DNA from: Marsupella aquatica
Lineage: Eukaryota > Plantae > Marchantiophyta
DNA: 64,000 nt
Assembly (NCBI GenBank): GCA_973895155.1
Contig: OZ316897.1
Coordinates: 13,267,375-13,331,374, forward strand
Reading direction: 5' to 3'
This document shows positions 50,061 through 63,596 of the stretch, in pieces (position 1 is the first letter of the stretch; every line of letters begins with the position of its first letter). A program made the position numbers and the translations under genes. The notes under the pieces are model-generated. The model saw nothing but the letters and a program-made list of their open reading frames with translations, did no database searches and was not told the origin of the DNA.

Positions 50061-53000
50061 ATGGTGTCTTCTTTCGTCTCGCGACGTGCCAACCTTCTGG
50101 TTCCCTCCGCCATCGCCCACCTCTCCCAGCTGGCGCAGCAGCGCAATGCCATTAACTTGGCGGAAGGTATGTCTGTTTGGGTGCTTCTCTCTTCTATGCT
50201 CTATATCCATGGCTTCTAGGATTCATTCACTCAGTCGTCCATTCAATAGTTCATTGAGACACTCATTCATTCGTTCATTTGCTGGGTTACTCGGTAAGTC
50301 TCCCATAAAAGTGAAATCATAAATGACAGATGTTTGTGATTGAGCTTGAATAGCGGCTATTGTTCAGTAGATTCGGCGTTTGGCTCATAGTTTGTGCCTT
50401 CAATTTAAACAATGAAGATTATTAAGAGGTTCACCTGAAAGACTTTCTGGAGTCACACGAGGAATGTGTTGAATATTGCAGGATTCCCGGACTTTCCAGC
50501 CCCCCAACCGTTCAAGGATGCTGCCATTGCTGCAATAAGTTCCAACTTCAATCAGTACAGGTAATTTGCATCAAGCAGCTTTATGGTACACCCATGGTAC
50601 ACCCATGGGACGTTACTAATGATGTAGAGGCCGATTTTGATCAGACGTCAGTCAGGCATGTGCAGGGTCTATGTAACAAGGTGGCAGCAAGTTTCGAAAT
50701 TGCGCAAGGAGTGAAAGTAAACCCCTACACGCAAGTAACGATCTGCTGTGGCCAATCCGAGGCCCTTATGGCAGCCATTCTAGCAGGTTTGTACCATTTT
50801 TGCACATGCAGATCGTGGCGAATACAGTGGAATTGAGGAGCGCATGTCTTTCACATTGTTGGCTGTCCCCTGGCAGTTCGAGGGTATGCCTGAGTATATT
50901 CCAAGGAGTAATGAAACCAAACCCAAAGCTTATGTCCTTGCGACAGAATCATGAATGGACGCATATGCAGTCAAAATGGATGCAGGCTCGTGGGGGATAT
51001 CATGATTTTAAATAGTTCAATCTCTGAATCCTATTACGTAGCGGTACTAAACTCCTAAATTACAAATAATTGTAAACCAGTGGTTGATGAGGAGGATGAA
51101 GTAGTCCTTCTGGACCCATCATATGAGACGTATCAAGCAAGCGTCATATTGGCTGGAGGAAAAGCTGTAAGTTGTGCCCAATACTTGCGATAAACTTCGT
51201 GTGTCACATCCAGTCTACCAACTAAAGTGACTTGCAAAGTCCCGCAGGCATCAACGGGGTACACTCATATAGTCATTTCACATGCATTCTGGTTTTTCAT
51301 GCAGGAAGTTCAATGCAGGAAATTTGGTCCTTTAGATCTCTCACATCTAAACTCTTCTTGTCTAATGCCACAGACATGAATTTGGGATAGTAGATTAGTG
51401 TAGTGTTTCATTTGCATATTTGTCCAGAGTGGACCTTACAACGTTGGGAGATGAATTACGTCTAGGCTTGTAAACAATTGCCACGGTTTTCTCAATAATC
51501 CAGACCATCTGATCGTGCAGAGACATGTCAGCATGGCCCCACCAACTTGGAATCTGGATCTGCAGAAGCTGGAAAGTACCATGGGCCCTCAAACAAAGGC
51601 AGTAATCATTAACAGGTTTGTGGATTGCATGGAACTCAGCCTCTAGTGTTACTGTTTCAACACCTTACGTTCGTTAGCCATCCGTTCAATTGCCATGTCA
51701 CCGCTGGTACCACTTGAAGCAGTAATGTGTCTGACTTGGACATGGCGTTAGCCCTCATAATCCAACAGGGAAGGTATTCAATGAAGAGGAGCTTGCTGGA
51801 ATCGCAAGACTGTGCTGCCAATTCGACTGCCTAGCTATAACCGACGAAGTAAGTGACTTTCCCAGAGTGTGATTGTATGAGCTTCATTCACCCTTCGTTC
51901 AGGTCTCAGTGAAGAATCTCACAATTTGGATTTGTGCTGGTTTCTATTTGTTTGCATTGTTGAAAGAATAGCAGTTGGCACAGATAATCCACTACAACTA
52001 CAAAGCCAATAATTATCATTTCACAAATATGGTCTTTGATTACAATGAGTGAGATAGATGTTTCGGAGTTTTGCAGGTGTATGAGCACATTTCTTTCACA
52101 GGAAAAAGTCACAAGAGTCTTGCGTCGTTTCCAGGCATGCAGGAACGCACTATAGTGACCTCATCCATTTCGAAAACTTTCAGCGTGACAGGTCTGTTAC
52201 CTTGATGGATATCTATCCCTCTTGTATGGTTTTTGTAACTGTTGAAGCCCGTATGATCTACCATAATCCCGTTTGCAAGATCAGCCTTTCAGACCGCAAT
52301 TCAGTGGGAGTAATAGACAGCCAATTCACGTTGCTTACGGAATGCCTTGTTACCCCAAATCGCTTGACTGATCTGTTGTGAAATCATAAGTAAATCAAGG
52401 TCATTTCTCTTGTCACGGAGTCACCTGCAAATTTCTCTTTCAGGCTAGAGATGTGTATGTTGAACCTTGCTGAGATGTTGATGAATGAGTGCCATCTAAA
52501 TTTTATTGGGACCCATTTTAGCGTACCAAATTCTGTCTACAACATTGTTTCAACAGGGGAAAGGCAGTGCTACTTGGAGAGGTCTTCACAAAGACTCCTA
52601 ACATTCGTCTAACATGATCCAAGCACAAATGGTCGTCACCGTAATGTTAAAGCAGTGTTGCATAGAGAGCTAGTTTGGAGATCACGCCCTTTTAGACGGT
52701 GTAATTTGAATTCAGCCAGCCAACTTTTGGGTCCCTACTGCTATTGATAATATTCATTTGTGATGTGTAAGATCTGACACAATCTCGATTTTGGCATGGT
52801 CACTGTCAGGGTGGAGAATCGGGTGGGCAATAGCCTCAGAAACAATCACCACGGCCATCAACAAAATTCACCAAAAACTCACTGACTCGGCCCCGGCTCC
52901 ATTTCAAGAGGCTGCTGTCTTTGCACTTGGTAGTTCTCCCGAGTACTACGTGACTTTAAGGAAAGTGAGTACTCCTTAAATCAGAATTTATCAGCATTGA

Positions 53001-53760
53001 GTATAGCCTTCATCTTTTAATACTTTGGCCCGTCTTTCAAAATTAAGTCCCAAAATTAATTCCGTTTCAGACTGAGGGTTATATGTGCTAGCAAGTCAGA
53101 CCACGAGCTATGGCAAAACGAGGATTACTACAAGAATATACAAGTACTTCGATGTGAACGGCAACACTAGCTAGAGAGCACTGCCTTTTGGCGAGTGCTC
53201 AACTTTTGTGATAGAATCTTTTGTTCGGAGCCTAACCCAAGTTGGTGCTAAGTAAAACAAAAGTAGTGCATTCCACCTATTGACTTTTACAATTCTCTCC
53301 ACTTTCACAGGAGTATGCAAGAAGGAGAGATTTTGCGTGTGACATGCTTCGAGAGGCTGGATTTAATGTTCAATTCAAACCGGAGGGGTCTTTCTTCATA
53401 TTTGCAGAGCTTCCTGCGATGAGTCACTTGACAGATGTAAGTGATTACTGGGCACACATCAATTACGAATGCGCCTCATCTTGGGCAAACGACGAGGACG
53501 CCAAAGTCGAGATGATCTTTGTAATGAATATTGAATCTCGTGTAATGTTGGTCTTTGTGATTATGCAGGTAGAGTATGCTGCCGAGCTAATCAAGACCGC
53601 CGGAGTTGCTGTTGTTCCAGGATGTGGCTTTTTTCATGCTGGGGACAGTTCTCATGAGGATTACAGGAGTCGTTACATTAGAGTGGCCTTCTGCAAGGAT
53701 ATGGATACACTTTTTGCTGCTAGAGAGGCAATGCGAACTCGTTCCAGGCCTCCTCATTAG
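50061..53760 (+). CDS. PLP-dependent class I/II aminotransferase (kynurenine/glutamine transaminase K/YbdL-like), ~10 exons
   Basis: Spliced motifs AINLAEGFPDF, NQY, TICCGQSEA, DPSYETY, INSPHNPTGKVF, ITDEVYEHI, SISKTFSVTGWRIGW (PLP lysine), PEGSFF, GVAVVPG and YIRVAFCK. ATG at 50061, stop at 53760. Confidence 0.93.
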
Positions 53761-55129
53761 TCACAATTCTGAGGGATGGTTGATATGTTGAACCGGACGA
53801 ATTGAATCTCTCTGGGAAATATGGCTCAACACTGACCTTGCGCCAAATAAATTCACTCCATCCAGTCAGTCTAAGTGTCTACGACGACATGGGGGTGGAT
53901 TGGCGATACGGATTGTTGGGTTATAATCTTCATGTTCACTCCATTTGCGGCCTCAAATAGTCCTCCTCGTCGAACATTCACAGGACATGGGCGACAGACA
54001 AAATTGAGTGTGATCCATTATACTCCCGAGTCTCCCTCCCTTAAAAGATTAGCATCAAGAACCCGATTGAAACCACCCAAACACTAAAAGGGACACGTTT
54101 CTCATTCAATTCTCCCCCGCACTCCAACATCACAACGACCGCACAGTAAGAAAGCACTGTCTGACTACCAGAGGACTTTTGTCTACTGAATCACACGATA
54201 GTCCCAAGCCAAAGGTATCTGCAGTCAATGTCGCAGAAGCAACATTCTTCTGAAGATTTCACCGCTATGGGGGAAGCACAGAACTAAGTCAAGATTTTCT
54301 GACAGTCACAGATATGGGTTGGAATAGCCAATTTCTCAGAAGCAACAAGATTCTGAACAGTCCACAACTATGGTGCAACGGAGGGAACAAAGTCAAAAAA
54401 TCTTCCCCTCGATATCTCGGACTTCATTCCACACAGCAAACCCCTGAATTTCTGTCACTGAGTCATGGGTTGGGAAAATGATTAGATAGGCCTAATAAGG
54501 AGGTGAAGGTAGATCCACCCCTTGATTTGGAAAATTCTTTCCAAAGCAACATAGTCCTGCATTACTCTTACCCCATAAACAATTCCCAGGACAGAGGTTG
54601 TAAAAATACCAGAACCCTGGAATTTCCACTTCTGACAGCCATAGGTGTGGATTTGGGAATGATTAATCAGTGGGTTTCAGGCGAAGATAACCACTCGCAA
54701 GTTCTGAAATTGTATTGCAAAGAAACATATCACTACAGTGCTGCACTCCTGTTCCGAATGAACCCATCAACATTGCCAGTCGAATCGCTTGCAGTCACCG
54801 ACCGAGAGTGGGCTTACTTTCCTCGTCTCGACCATGTGAGATGCATAGCAATCAACACCCGACTAACTGTTGTTCCACATGGGCCCTCAGGAAGTGGGAA
54901 AATCACGGTTTGATTCTGTCAACAAGACTTTGGTGGGCATCAGTAAAGATTCCAGACAGATAGGCGCTTGACTCAGCTTGTCCTCTGAACAAGTGGTGCG
55001 CTTTGATACACAAGGCCGTTATAATTATACCGGGATGGCGTCAACTAGCAGTTACATGCTATGGGGCCCAGCCTGGAGCAAATATAGTGGGACCAGCCTG
55101 CAGGCCCATTTCCTGAATGCCCACCTTGC

Positions 55130-55279
55130 CCCAGTCTTTGGATCCCAATGTGGTGGCCCGGTCTGTTTCCCTCTGGAGGCTGGCAGTCCTCCGCTCCACA
55201 AGCTCCAGTCTTTGGATCCCAATGTAGTGGCCCGGTCTGTTTCCCTCTGGAGGCTGGCAGTCCTCCGCTCCACAAGCTA
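55130..55279. repeat. ~74-bp near-perfect tandem duplication
   Basis: CCAGTCTTTGGATCCCAATGT(G/A)GTGGCCCGGTCTGTTTCCCTCTGGAGGCTGGCAGTCCTCCGCTCCACAAGCT twice. Confidence 0.92.
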
Positions 55280-55504
55280 GCGGGACAGAGCTCGCCAACA
55301 GGGATCAACAAATGCGACCAATCACTGTGATAGCCCCTTTCACTTTCGATCGGCTGTCTCTGCAATTGCCTTGGCGAGTTTACATGGGTCCTGGCCTGAG
55401 TATGTTAATGGGGTAATAATAATACCCTCTCCAAACTTGAACTCCAGCTCTCAATATTTTTGGGATGTTACATATCACGAGCCCTATGTCCATGAGTGGA
55501 GGGT

Positions 55505-55690
55505 TGGCCCATAGGGAATCGGGCCAGGGCATTTATATGGGGCATAGGGAGTCGGGCTGGGGCATTCATATAGGGCATAGGGAGGAATCGGGCCGGAGCA
55601 TTTATATGGGGCATAGGGAGTCGGGCTGGGGCATTCATATGGGGCAGAGGGAGTCAGGGCCGGGCATCCATATGGGGCATAGGGCAGTGT
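55505..55690. repeat. G-rich ~33-bp minisatellite, 5-6 copies
   Basis: ATGGGGCATAGGGAGTCGGGCTGGGGCATT(C/T)AT-like units. Confidence 0.88.
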
Positions 55691-55994
55691 GGGGAAGCAC
55701 ATATGTGCCAGGGGTATCCATTTTCTCCATCAATGGTCAAGGAAAACAGTAAAACAAATCCAACAATTATGTATCTTTCCGGTCCAAGAGCTTTTTTGTA
55801 TTGGGACAAAGAATGAAAAAACATGGCATACCTTATTATAGTTTTACATGATAGACTCCAAACTTTAACTGAAGCTCTCAATATTTTTGGGGTGTTATAT
55901 ACCATAATGCACTTTCAAGTCTCAAGAGAACTTTAATCCATATTTAAAAGGTAGGGCTTTTCAATCAAACAATTGGGTGTACCTTAACTTTCTA

Positions 55995-56320
55995 GTGACA
56001 CTTTAGGGTATACTTAATAGGGGGTCTGAAAGGGACAATTTGATGGACTTTAACTCACCAGTGACCTATTAGTAGGGACTGACTTTAGGGATACTTAATA
56101 GGGGGTGTTAAAGCTGACAATTTGATGGACTGATTACAGACACAAAAAAAGCTACTTATTGCAAAATTTATATTCCATAACTTAGCTACTCATTACAAAA
56201 AAACACTACTCATTTATATTCCATGACTTAGCTACTCATTACAAAATTTATATTCCATAACTTTTTGCCATATGCAGTAACTGAGTATGCCATTACCGTA
56301 ACTGAGTATGCCATTACCAT
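55995..56320. repeat. Cluster of short tandem duplications
   Basis: CTTTAGGG.ATACTTAATAGGGGGT...GACAATTTGATGGACT x2; TTTATATTCCAT.ACTT x3; GTAACTGAGTATGCCATTACC x2. Confidence 0.75.
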
Positions 56321-59300
56321 TAGTCACTATGGAGACTAGTGAAATAAAAATTTATTTTACCACCATTCGTTTATGGCCTAATGCCACGTCCGTAATTTCA
56401 GAGAACGCCCTAATAAATCACGAAAGCAGCATAGAAGATCAAGTGCGTTACTCGGCGTCGTTACAAACCACCCAATGCTCATGAGTAAACAAGTTAGAAA
56501 CTACAGACGACCTGTTGAACAATTTTTGCGTAGCTCGCCAAGTGAGCTTTCCAGCAGGATCAGTTTCTCTGAGTCGGTACTCGGTGGTATCCATTGCCCA
56601 ACACGTCAGTAAACATTTCTAAACATGGAATTCATATTCGCATTGTCAATCTCTCATTGTTTGTTCGATGCCCGATTCGATGATCCCAGCGGAGCGACTC
56701 TTGTAGCTGTGGAGATTCAGCGTGGCACCCAGCCAGGAAATGTCTCGCGTGTCGATAAGCGATGTCCCTTATACGCCTGTTGCGTTTTACATGTCGGATT
56801 GCCACATTAACTCAGAATTTGTGCCGAGTTTCTGGACGGAAATCCAGCGGAGCTGTTTCGGTTGCCTATTGACGATGCCTTTTTGGTACATGAACACTTT
56901 CGAATTGTCTAGAGCATTCTCTCTCCCTGGGAACCCATGCAGACCTTTCGGAGGAATGCTCCCTAATCTTGAAATAGCAGGAAAGGCAAAAGAACTCCCA
57001 GACACACAGTCAAGGACGCCAAACAAGATGCCGCTAGATGGCCACAAGTTTGTACTACCGTCGAGAAGGTGAACACAACATCGTCGGTCATGTCTCTCCT
57101 TCGCAAATGAACTCTTTGGCCGAGCACCTTAGGAGAATCGACGTCCGACGGCACAATCGTGGTTAGTTTCAAGGACCAGGTCCATGGAATATGCCCCTGA
57201 TGTCGATGTCCAGGTACGAAGGGGCGTTGGACAAGAAGTTTAATCCTAGCAGTCCTTAAATCTCCTTGTGTACCAATTCACCAGGAATTATTTCAACTTC
57301 TTAACAAGTGTCCACTTTGCTGACACGTTGAGTCCATCGTAGCTTCTACTTCCGATTTGACCGTCACATTTCATAAATTATGAACCGTCCAGGATTTCTG
57401 TGTCAATCGATTTCTCCAGTTCTCTACTTTCACGAAATATCCGGCAGCAGGAGAGTTTGGCATAGCCGATTCTTAAAGTTAATGGTAGTACAAAGATAGA
57501 CAACTGCGGTTGTTGGCCAGCTCACGAATTCACAATAATACGCCGGTGTCAAGAACAATATTTCGAGGTATCTAGTTTGGAAGATCACCCCTTGCAGCAG
57601 CGAGTCTTCCGCAGCCTTCTAAATTCACGAAGATCTGTGAGGATCTATGCCTTAGTCGGTAAAATCCATATTAGCTGCCGGTTTCTAAAGTTCCCAAATG
57701 ACAAAGCTTCCATGTTTTCTCAAAGCTTCCGCCAGGGCAACCATCAATTTTCTGGCCTTGCACCAAATGGCAAACTATGGGACGAACGCTCTGCTCCCGT
57801 GTGCTCTCCTCTGTACTGCCGTATACCTCAAAATGTTTATTTATTTCGTAGATTCAAAGGCCAACCCGAGTAGATATCCCAACGACCAATAGCCACGAGC
57901 TATGTGGAAACCTTAGTACACGAACCTACAGGGAGGACATCGACTGTAGACGACGACGCCATCCTACATTGCCCAGCAACCAAAGCAGGTCACGAGTTAC
58001 AGTCTAGGCAATTGGCAGAGGCCATCGACAGAGACCTCAGGGTGTCAAGAGCTCAGAGGGAAAAGCAAGCCATGCACCAGGAGCGGAAAGACCACTTTCA
58101 ATCCCAACGCATCGAGATTCGTAGCAATTGCGTGAGAAGTGCTGGATACGTAGGAGAAAAGAAATCAGATAACGGTGAACAGAAGGTTACACTGACTGCA
58201 GAGAAGGTGCACGCCTCGGGAAAAACGATCAGCAGAGGACTGAGGACCGGATGAGCAGCTGGCAACAAGAGAAGTTCAGTCTAGTCAGATACTCAGAAGA
58301 GCCCCGTCATTTTCACGCCATATCTCATTAAATCAAAATAAGCGTTTCCCAATATTGCCACTAAAGACTGTCCAATTTACAATAGTCTTATTATTTTTGT
58401 TGTATGTACAGATATATCTATCATGGTTTCATAAATGGTTATCCTGGTTAGTTGGTGAACTTATCATGAAAGTAAACCGTGAATGGACCACCATGTTGGA
58501 CATAGTGCTGGTGAACTTATCATGAAAGTGAAACCTGAATGGACCAGGTAGTGCTCCCGTGTACCACATTTTGGTGGTCCATGGGATTTTTGGGCTTATA
58601 ATTTGATGATTATGAGTCTTAAAATAAAATTTAGGTTTTCACAGACATTCAAGGCAGCTAGAGAATGAGGGGACTAAAGAAAACACATTTTCTAATATTT
58701 CCTATTATCACAATGAAAATTAATCTAGTAGAATTTACCCCTCCGCATTCAATGATGAATAAATGGCCAAATTTTCACTATCACTTTGATGGAAGTGTAG
58801 CTTACCTACTCCTCTAGCACATACTCAAAACCAAAAAAAATGGATTATGAACATCAAGTTATTATAATTTAACTCAAATTCTGGGAAATGAGGTCCATGG
58901 GGGTTTCAATCAAACATCCATATCTAAAATTGTGATATATTTAGAAATACAAAAAAAACTGTGATAATATTGTCCATTGGAACATCTTTAGTGAAAGCAT
59001 TGTTAAAAGTTGAAATAAAAAGTAAGAAGAGCCCACAGAGAAACTCCTTAAATGGTGTAATGAAACAAAGGTTCAATAACCATTTTGGATCCATGCTTCT
59101 ATTCTCATAATATAGGGGCTGGAAAATTAAAATCCCTTAACCTGATTTTAAATAAATACAAAGTCGCACAAAAACTGAGGTCTGGGTGGGGTCACAATCT
59201 ATAACTCTGCTTCCGGAATGTAAGAAAAAGCTGACCTGCTGCCTAGTAATCATTGTCTATACATTGGTTATCCTATAGAGAAATTTTTCAGGCCATAGAA

Positions 59301-60101
59301 GAATTACAAACTGTCTAGTATCCCCACCTAGACCTTGGTTATCCTCTAGAAAAAGTTTTTTTTGGTCCATAGATCGAAGAATTACCATTGTGGAGATCCT
59401 CAGGACATAACTGAATCCAACAAACCAGCCCTTCCCTTTAAAATCCCCTAAAAATAGGGTCCAAGAGTCGCAAAATAGCAAAGGATAAAAGAACTCAACC
59501 ATACATATGGAACTAACCGCAGAACTAACCAACATCCAAACTAAGCACTAGCCCAATGCTGGTGCTTTTGTACAGTTCTCATTGTGATTGTGTTGTTGCA
59601 GATATGTTCTTGTTACATTATGGTTTATGGTTGTCATTGCAGCTATGTCAAATACCATGGCAGTGTTATGATTGTTGAAGTCAATTGTTGTTTTGGCTGG
59701 GTTATCATTGCCCTGGGTTTTGTTGTTGTTGGTCTTAGAAATAAGCGCATTGCCTCTGCCGAGCATAGTATCATCAAGCAGATTTGAAGTGTCATTCTTG
59801 TGGAAGTGTTGTCATTGCAGATGTGGATTTGATGTGGATTTGATGTTGCATCACATTTGTCAATTAAATGATGACACTGATTAATATTGCAAGCAGGAAT
59901 ATGTGACAGAATGAAGTGAGTATGGAGAGTTGGGGCAGGAGATTGAGTGGTGAAATCCAGAGCAAGGCTTATCAAAATGTGGGGGAAGCTCCCCTGAGGG
60001 TGCTGGGGACAAAAATTAGAATTTGTGGCCACTTGGTCCTCTTTCCCTTTTGCTCTATGTCTCCTTCTTTACTTGTCGCTTGCAATGAAACTACTCTCCC
60101 A

Positions 60102-60420
60102 CAACAACAACAACAACAACAACAACAACATTCCCCGTTGTGTCCCATGATTTTCAGGTCCCATTCCCCCCTCCTCTGCCCCCTTTTCGCATTTAAATTC
60201 CATTTTCCCTCTTCTTTGTTCTTTCCGGTGCCTCCCATTCCCTTTTTCTCCCTTCCCTCCCTCCTTTTCCCTTTTTCCTTCCCTCTACCTTCCCCTGCTA
60301 TTTTGCTTCCATCCCTTCAAACCCTCCCCCACTTTCCCTCCCCTGCCCCTTCCCAAGTGTGACTTAGTATTTCCCCTCCCTCCCCTGACATAACTTTCAA
60401 ATTAATCCCTCCCTACAAAT
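60102..60420. repeat. (CAA)n microsatellite followed by a long polypyrimidine tract
   Basis: CAA run at 60102-60130 and a C/T-rich tract at ~60160-60400. Confidence 0.85.
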
Positions 60421-61324
60421 TCCCAAGTGTCTACTAGGATCCAAACATTTCATCCATCCAAACACCAAACCTTTTCTCCATCCAACACAAAACCTTCCAA
60501 CCATCCAACTATCCACCCACGACTTGGACACTAAACCCGTACTCGATCCCTTCCTCCACAAATTTCCCTAGCTTGTGTCCAATATAACTTGTCTATTCCT
60601 TAGTGACCACATTGCTCCAAATCAAAATACCACTGACTTTCTAGGAGGTTTGGGAGAGAAGGTGCAGTGCAATGCAATTGATGTGATGCTTTTAGATTTA
60701 CATTTCCTAACCAGTATTGCAATATCAATTACTCAATCATTCCGAATCATTAGTGACTTGTAAGTTGTAACTTTAGACTACTTGACTTCTACTTTGTATT
60801 GGTAGCACCTGATATGATCTAGTTTGTGGCTAAGATATGATCAACCAGGCTGCTTTGTGGCTAAGTGCACAGTAGTGACAACCCCTACTGAGCTGGTTTG
60901 TGGCAAAGAAAGGACAAAATACTTTCAACTTACTACCATGGATGCCTTTTGACTAAGACTTTTGACTTGGTGAACAAATATTCCATCCTTTTCCCATAGC
61001 ATGACAAATCCGATGCAGAATCCGTACCATCTCGTGTAGTTCTTGCAATCTGAATAAAGTCAGCTTGACCCATTTCCCATTTACAGCACGTTCATGCTAG
61101 ACGTTATTTTGTCCTGTAGAAAATTGAAAGGACAATATTCTACCTTAACAATATATATTTAAAAATGCATTATTCCTAAACGGAGCAATAATCTTCTAAT
61201 TGGATACGTTAATGTTAAGGGACAAAAACCTTCAGGATGAATGCCAATATTGAGGCTCATTAAACAAGGCTCATAATGAGTCTCACGCTTCCCTGCCAAC
61301 TCATTCCTCCCATTGCCCAAGCGC

Positions 61325-61965
61325 CGGCATGTGAATAGTTTTGATATCTACTGTAGATTAGGTATGTGCATAATTCTGACATTTAGACTATGCTCTTGAG
61401 TAAGCCAGTAAGGAGTAAGGAGTGGGCATTGGAGACTATGATGTTGAGTAATGACGGCATTAATTAGAGACATGTGTGAATAGTTTTGGTTTTTAGACTA
61501 TGTGGATAATTCTGACATTTAGACTATGCTCCTTTGAGTAAGGCCTGGCATTAGAGTTGAGCATGTGAAAAGTTTGATATTTAGATAATGTGAATAATTT
61601 TTGACATTTAGACTATGCTCCTTTGAGTAAGGACTGGCATTAGAGTTGGGCATGTGAATAATTTTGACATTTAGACTAAGCTCTTGAGTAAGTAGTAAGG
61701 ACTGGTATTAGAGTTGGGCATGTGAATAGTTTTGATATTTAGATAATGTGAATAGTTTTGACATTTAGACTATGCTCTTGAGTAAGCAGTAAGGACTGGC
61801 ATTAGAGTTGGGCATGTGAATAGTTTTGATATTTAGATAATGTGAATAGTTTTGACATTTAGACTATGCTCTTGAGTAAGTAGTAAGGACTGGCATTAGA
61901 GTTGGGCACGTGAATAATTTTGACATTTAGACTATGCGGCTGATGAGTAAGGACTGGCATGGGAG
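61325..61965. repeat. Tandem minisatellite with modular 68-94-bp units, ~7 copies, upstream of RabE1
   Basis: Unit GCATGTGAATAGTTTTGATATTTAGATAATGTGAATAGTTTTGACATTTAGACTATGCTCTTGAGTAAG..AAGGACTGGCATTAGAGTTGG; starts at ~61328, 61471, 61561, 61650, 61718, 61812 and 61906. Confidence 0.9.
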
Positions 61966-61999
61966 TCTGGAATTATGGGCCATTCAAGCTAGTAGTAAG

Positions 62000-63523
62000 A
62001 AGAAGAGCGAGGGAGGCACGGAGTCGTGGGTGCCGATGAGTACTCTCCGTCGTTCGCTCACTCGCTCGCTGCGTCGACCGACCACCTCGTGTACCACGGA
62101 CTGTAGTCCATCCCACTTCTGCCCTCCTGTCCTCCCTTCCTTGCTTCCGACCTTGTCTCGTCGAACCCTCGTGTGATCGGTGACTTGCTTGCTTCCTTGC
62201 TTGCTTCCTTGCTGGTCGGGTCTCGTCTCGTCTGGTCTGGTCTGGTCGATCGATCCCTCTCTCTCTCTCTTTCTCTCTCTCTCTCGGGCTCGGGCTCCGT
62301 CTCCTCGCTTTCCAATCTGCTTTCTCAATCTGCTTTTTCAATCTGCTTTTGATTTACTCTGCCGGTGCTGCTGCGAGGAAGAAGCGCGGTCGGAAGCGAA
62401 CTTACGGACGCGGTGCGGTGTGGTGCGGTGTGGTGCTTTTGTGGTGTGGTGTGGTGTGGCAGTGAGGACGAAGAAGAGCTGACGAGATACATACACCGGC
62501 GTAGAGTGGAGGGTAGAAGCGAGGAAAAGACAGAGGAGAGGAGAGGAGAGGAGAGGAGAGGAGAGGAGAGGAGAGGAGAAGTGAAGAGAAGAGAAGGGAA
62601 GGGAAGGGAAGGGAAGAGAAGAGAGTAGAGTTTCGAGGAAAGGATTGAGAAGGGAAGAGGTTGTGTAGGGCACTAAAAAGTAGGCAGGGCTTGGTCGTCT
62701 GGTGGATCTGTCGATCGATCGAACGAACGGACGAACAAACGATCGAACGTTAATAGGCGGACGGGAGGGAGGGAGGGAGGAAGGACAGGCGGATGTTATT
62801 GTTGTTCTCGCGACGATTGTGTTTTGTGTTGGCAGGTTGATTGATTCGTCGTTCGACGGACTTACTGCCGAGCGGGAGGAATCAGACGATACGAGTGAGT
62901 ACGGAGGGAGTAGTGTGAGTACTTAGTACCTCGGTGAGTGGCATCTGGCGATCAGGGCACTGGGTTTCTCGATTTGTTTGGAGTACATTGTTGGGAGACG
63001 AACGAAAGGACGGACGGACGGACGGACGGACGGGCGGACATACAGGAGGATAGATAGAGAGAGAAAGAGAAAGACGGGTTAAGGGAGATATCGCGGCTGG
63101 CTTAGGGCTGGAGCACTGCAGCAGGGCATTTACGGATTTGGATAGGTTTTGCCGATTGCATTGGTGAGGAAGACAGGAGGATCACTTGTCTAAGCGCAGC
63201 GCGGCACGGCAGGGTAGGGCACAGCGAAGGTGAGCAAGGAGTACGGCGTGTATTCTATAGCGTCGCATTGCGTTTGGTTTGGTTTGGTTTGGTTTGGTTT
63301 TGTTGTGTCCCCTTTTGATCTCTGCGGAATTTCAATGCTACGCGTGGGGATCGAAGTGTGCGATGAGTGAATTGATCCGAGCCTCTTGTGTCCTGTGTCC
63401 GGCTGCTTGCGTGAAGGTGTAGCAAAATTTGCGCTAGCAGCAGGAGACGTAGAAGACTGATACCAAAAGGAACAGAAACATTAGTTGTAGCCACTTGCAA
63501 GAAGAACAAACAGCGAAGACGGG
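62000..63523 (+). promoter_or_regulatory. Microsatellite-rich promoter/5' leader of the Rab gene
   Basis: (CT)n, (GTGTG)n, (GAGAG)n, (GGGAA)n, (GGAC)n and (TTTGG)n runs, with CpG-rich sequence directly upstream of ATG 63524. The TSS cannot be determined. Confidence 0.5.
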
Positions 63524-63596
63524 ATGGCAGCAGGAGCAGCAAGAGCCCGGGCGGACTATGACTACCTCATTAAGCTACTGCTGATTGGGGACAGTG
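63524..63596 (+). CDS. RABE1: First coding exon of a RabE1/Rab8-type small GTPase (gene continues beyond the window)
   Basis: [25 protein letters not shown] followed by a GT donor at 63597. This N-terminus is characteristic of plant RabE1 (ARA3). Confidence 0.88.

Noticed and set aside
56600-58260. ORFs of 60-116 aa as a gene
   Set aside because: No consistent frame, splice model or motif; possibly an unrecognised pseudogene.
59540-63540. ORFs in low-complexity and microsatellite DNA
   Set aside because: They are translations of simple repeats (poly-Q/C, RE, RRGEE), not credible proteins.
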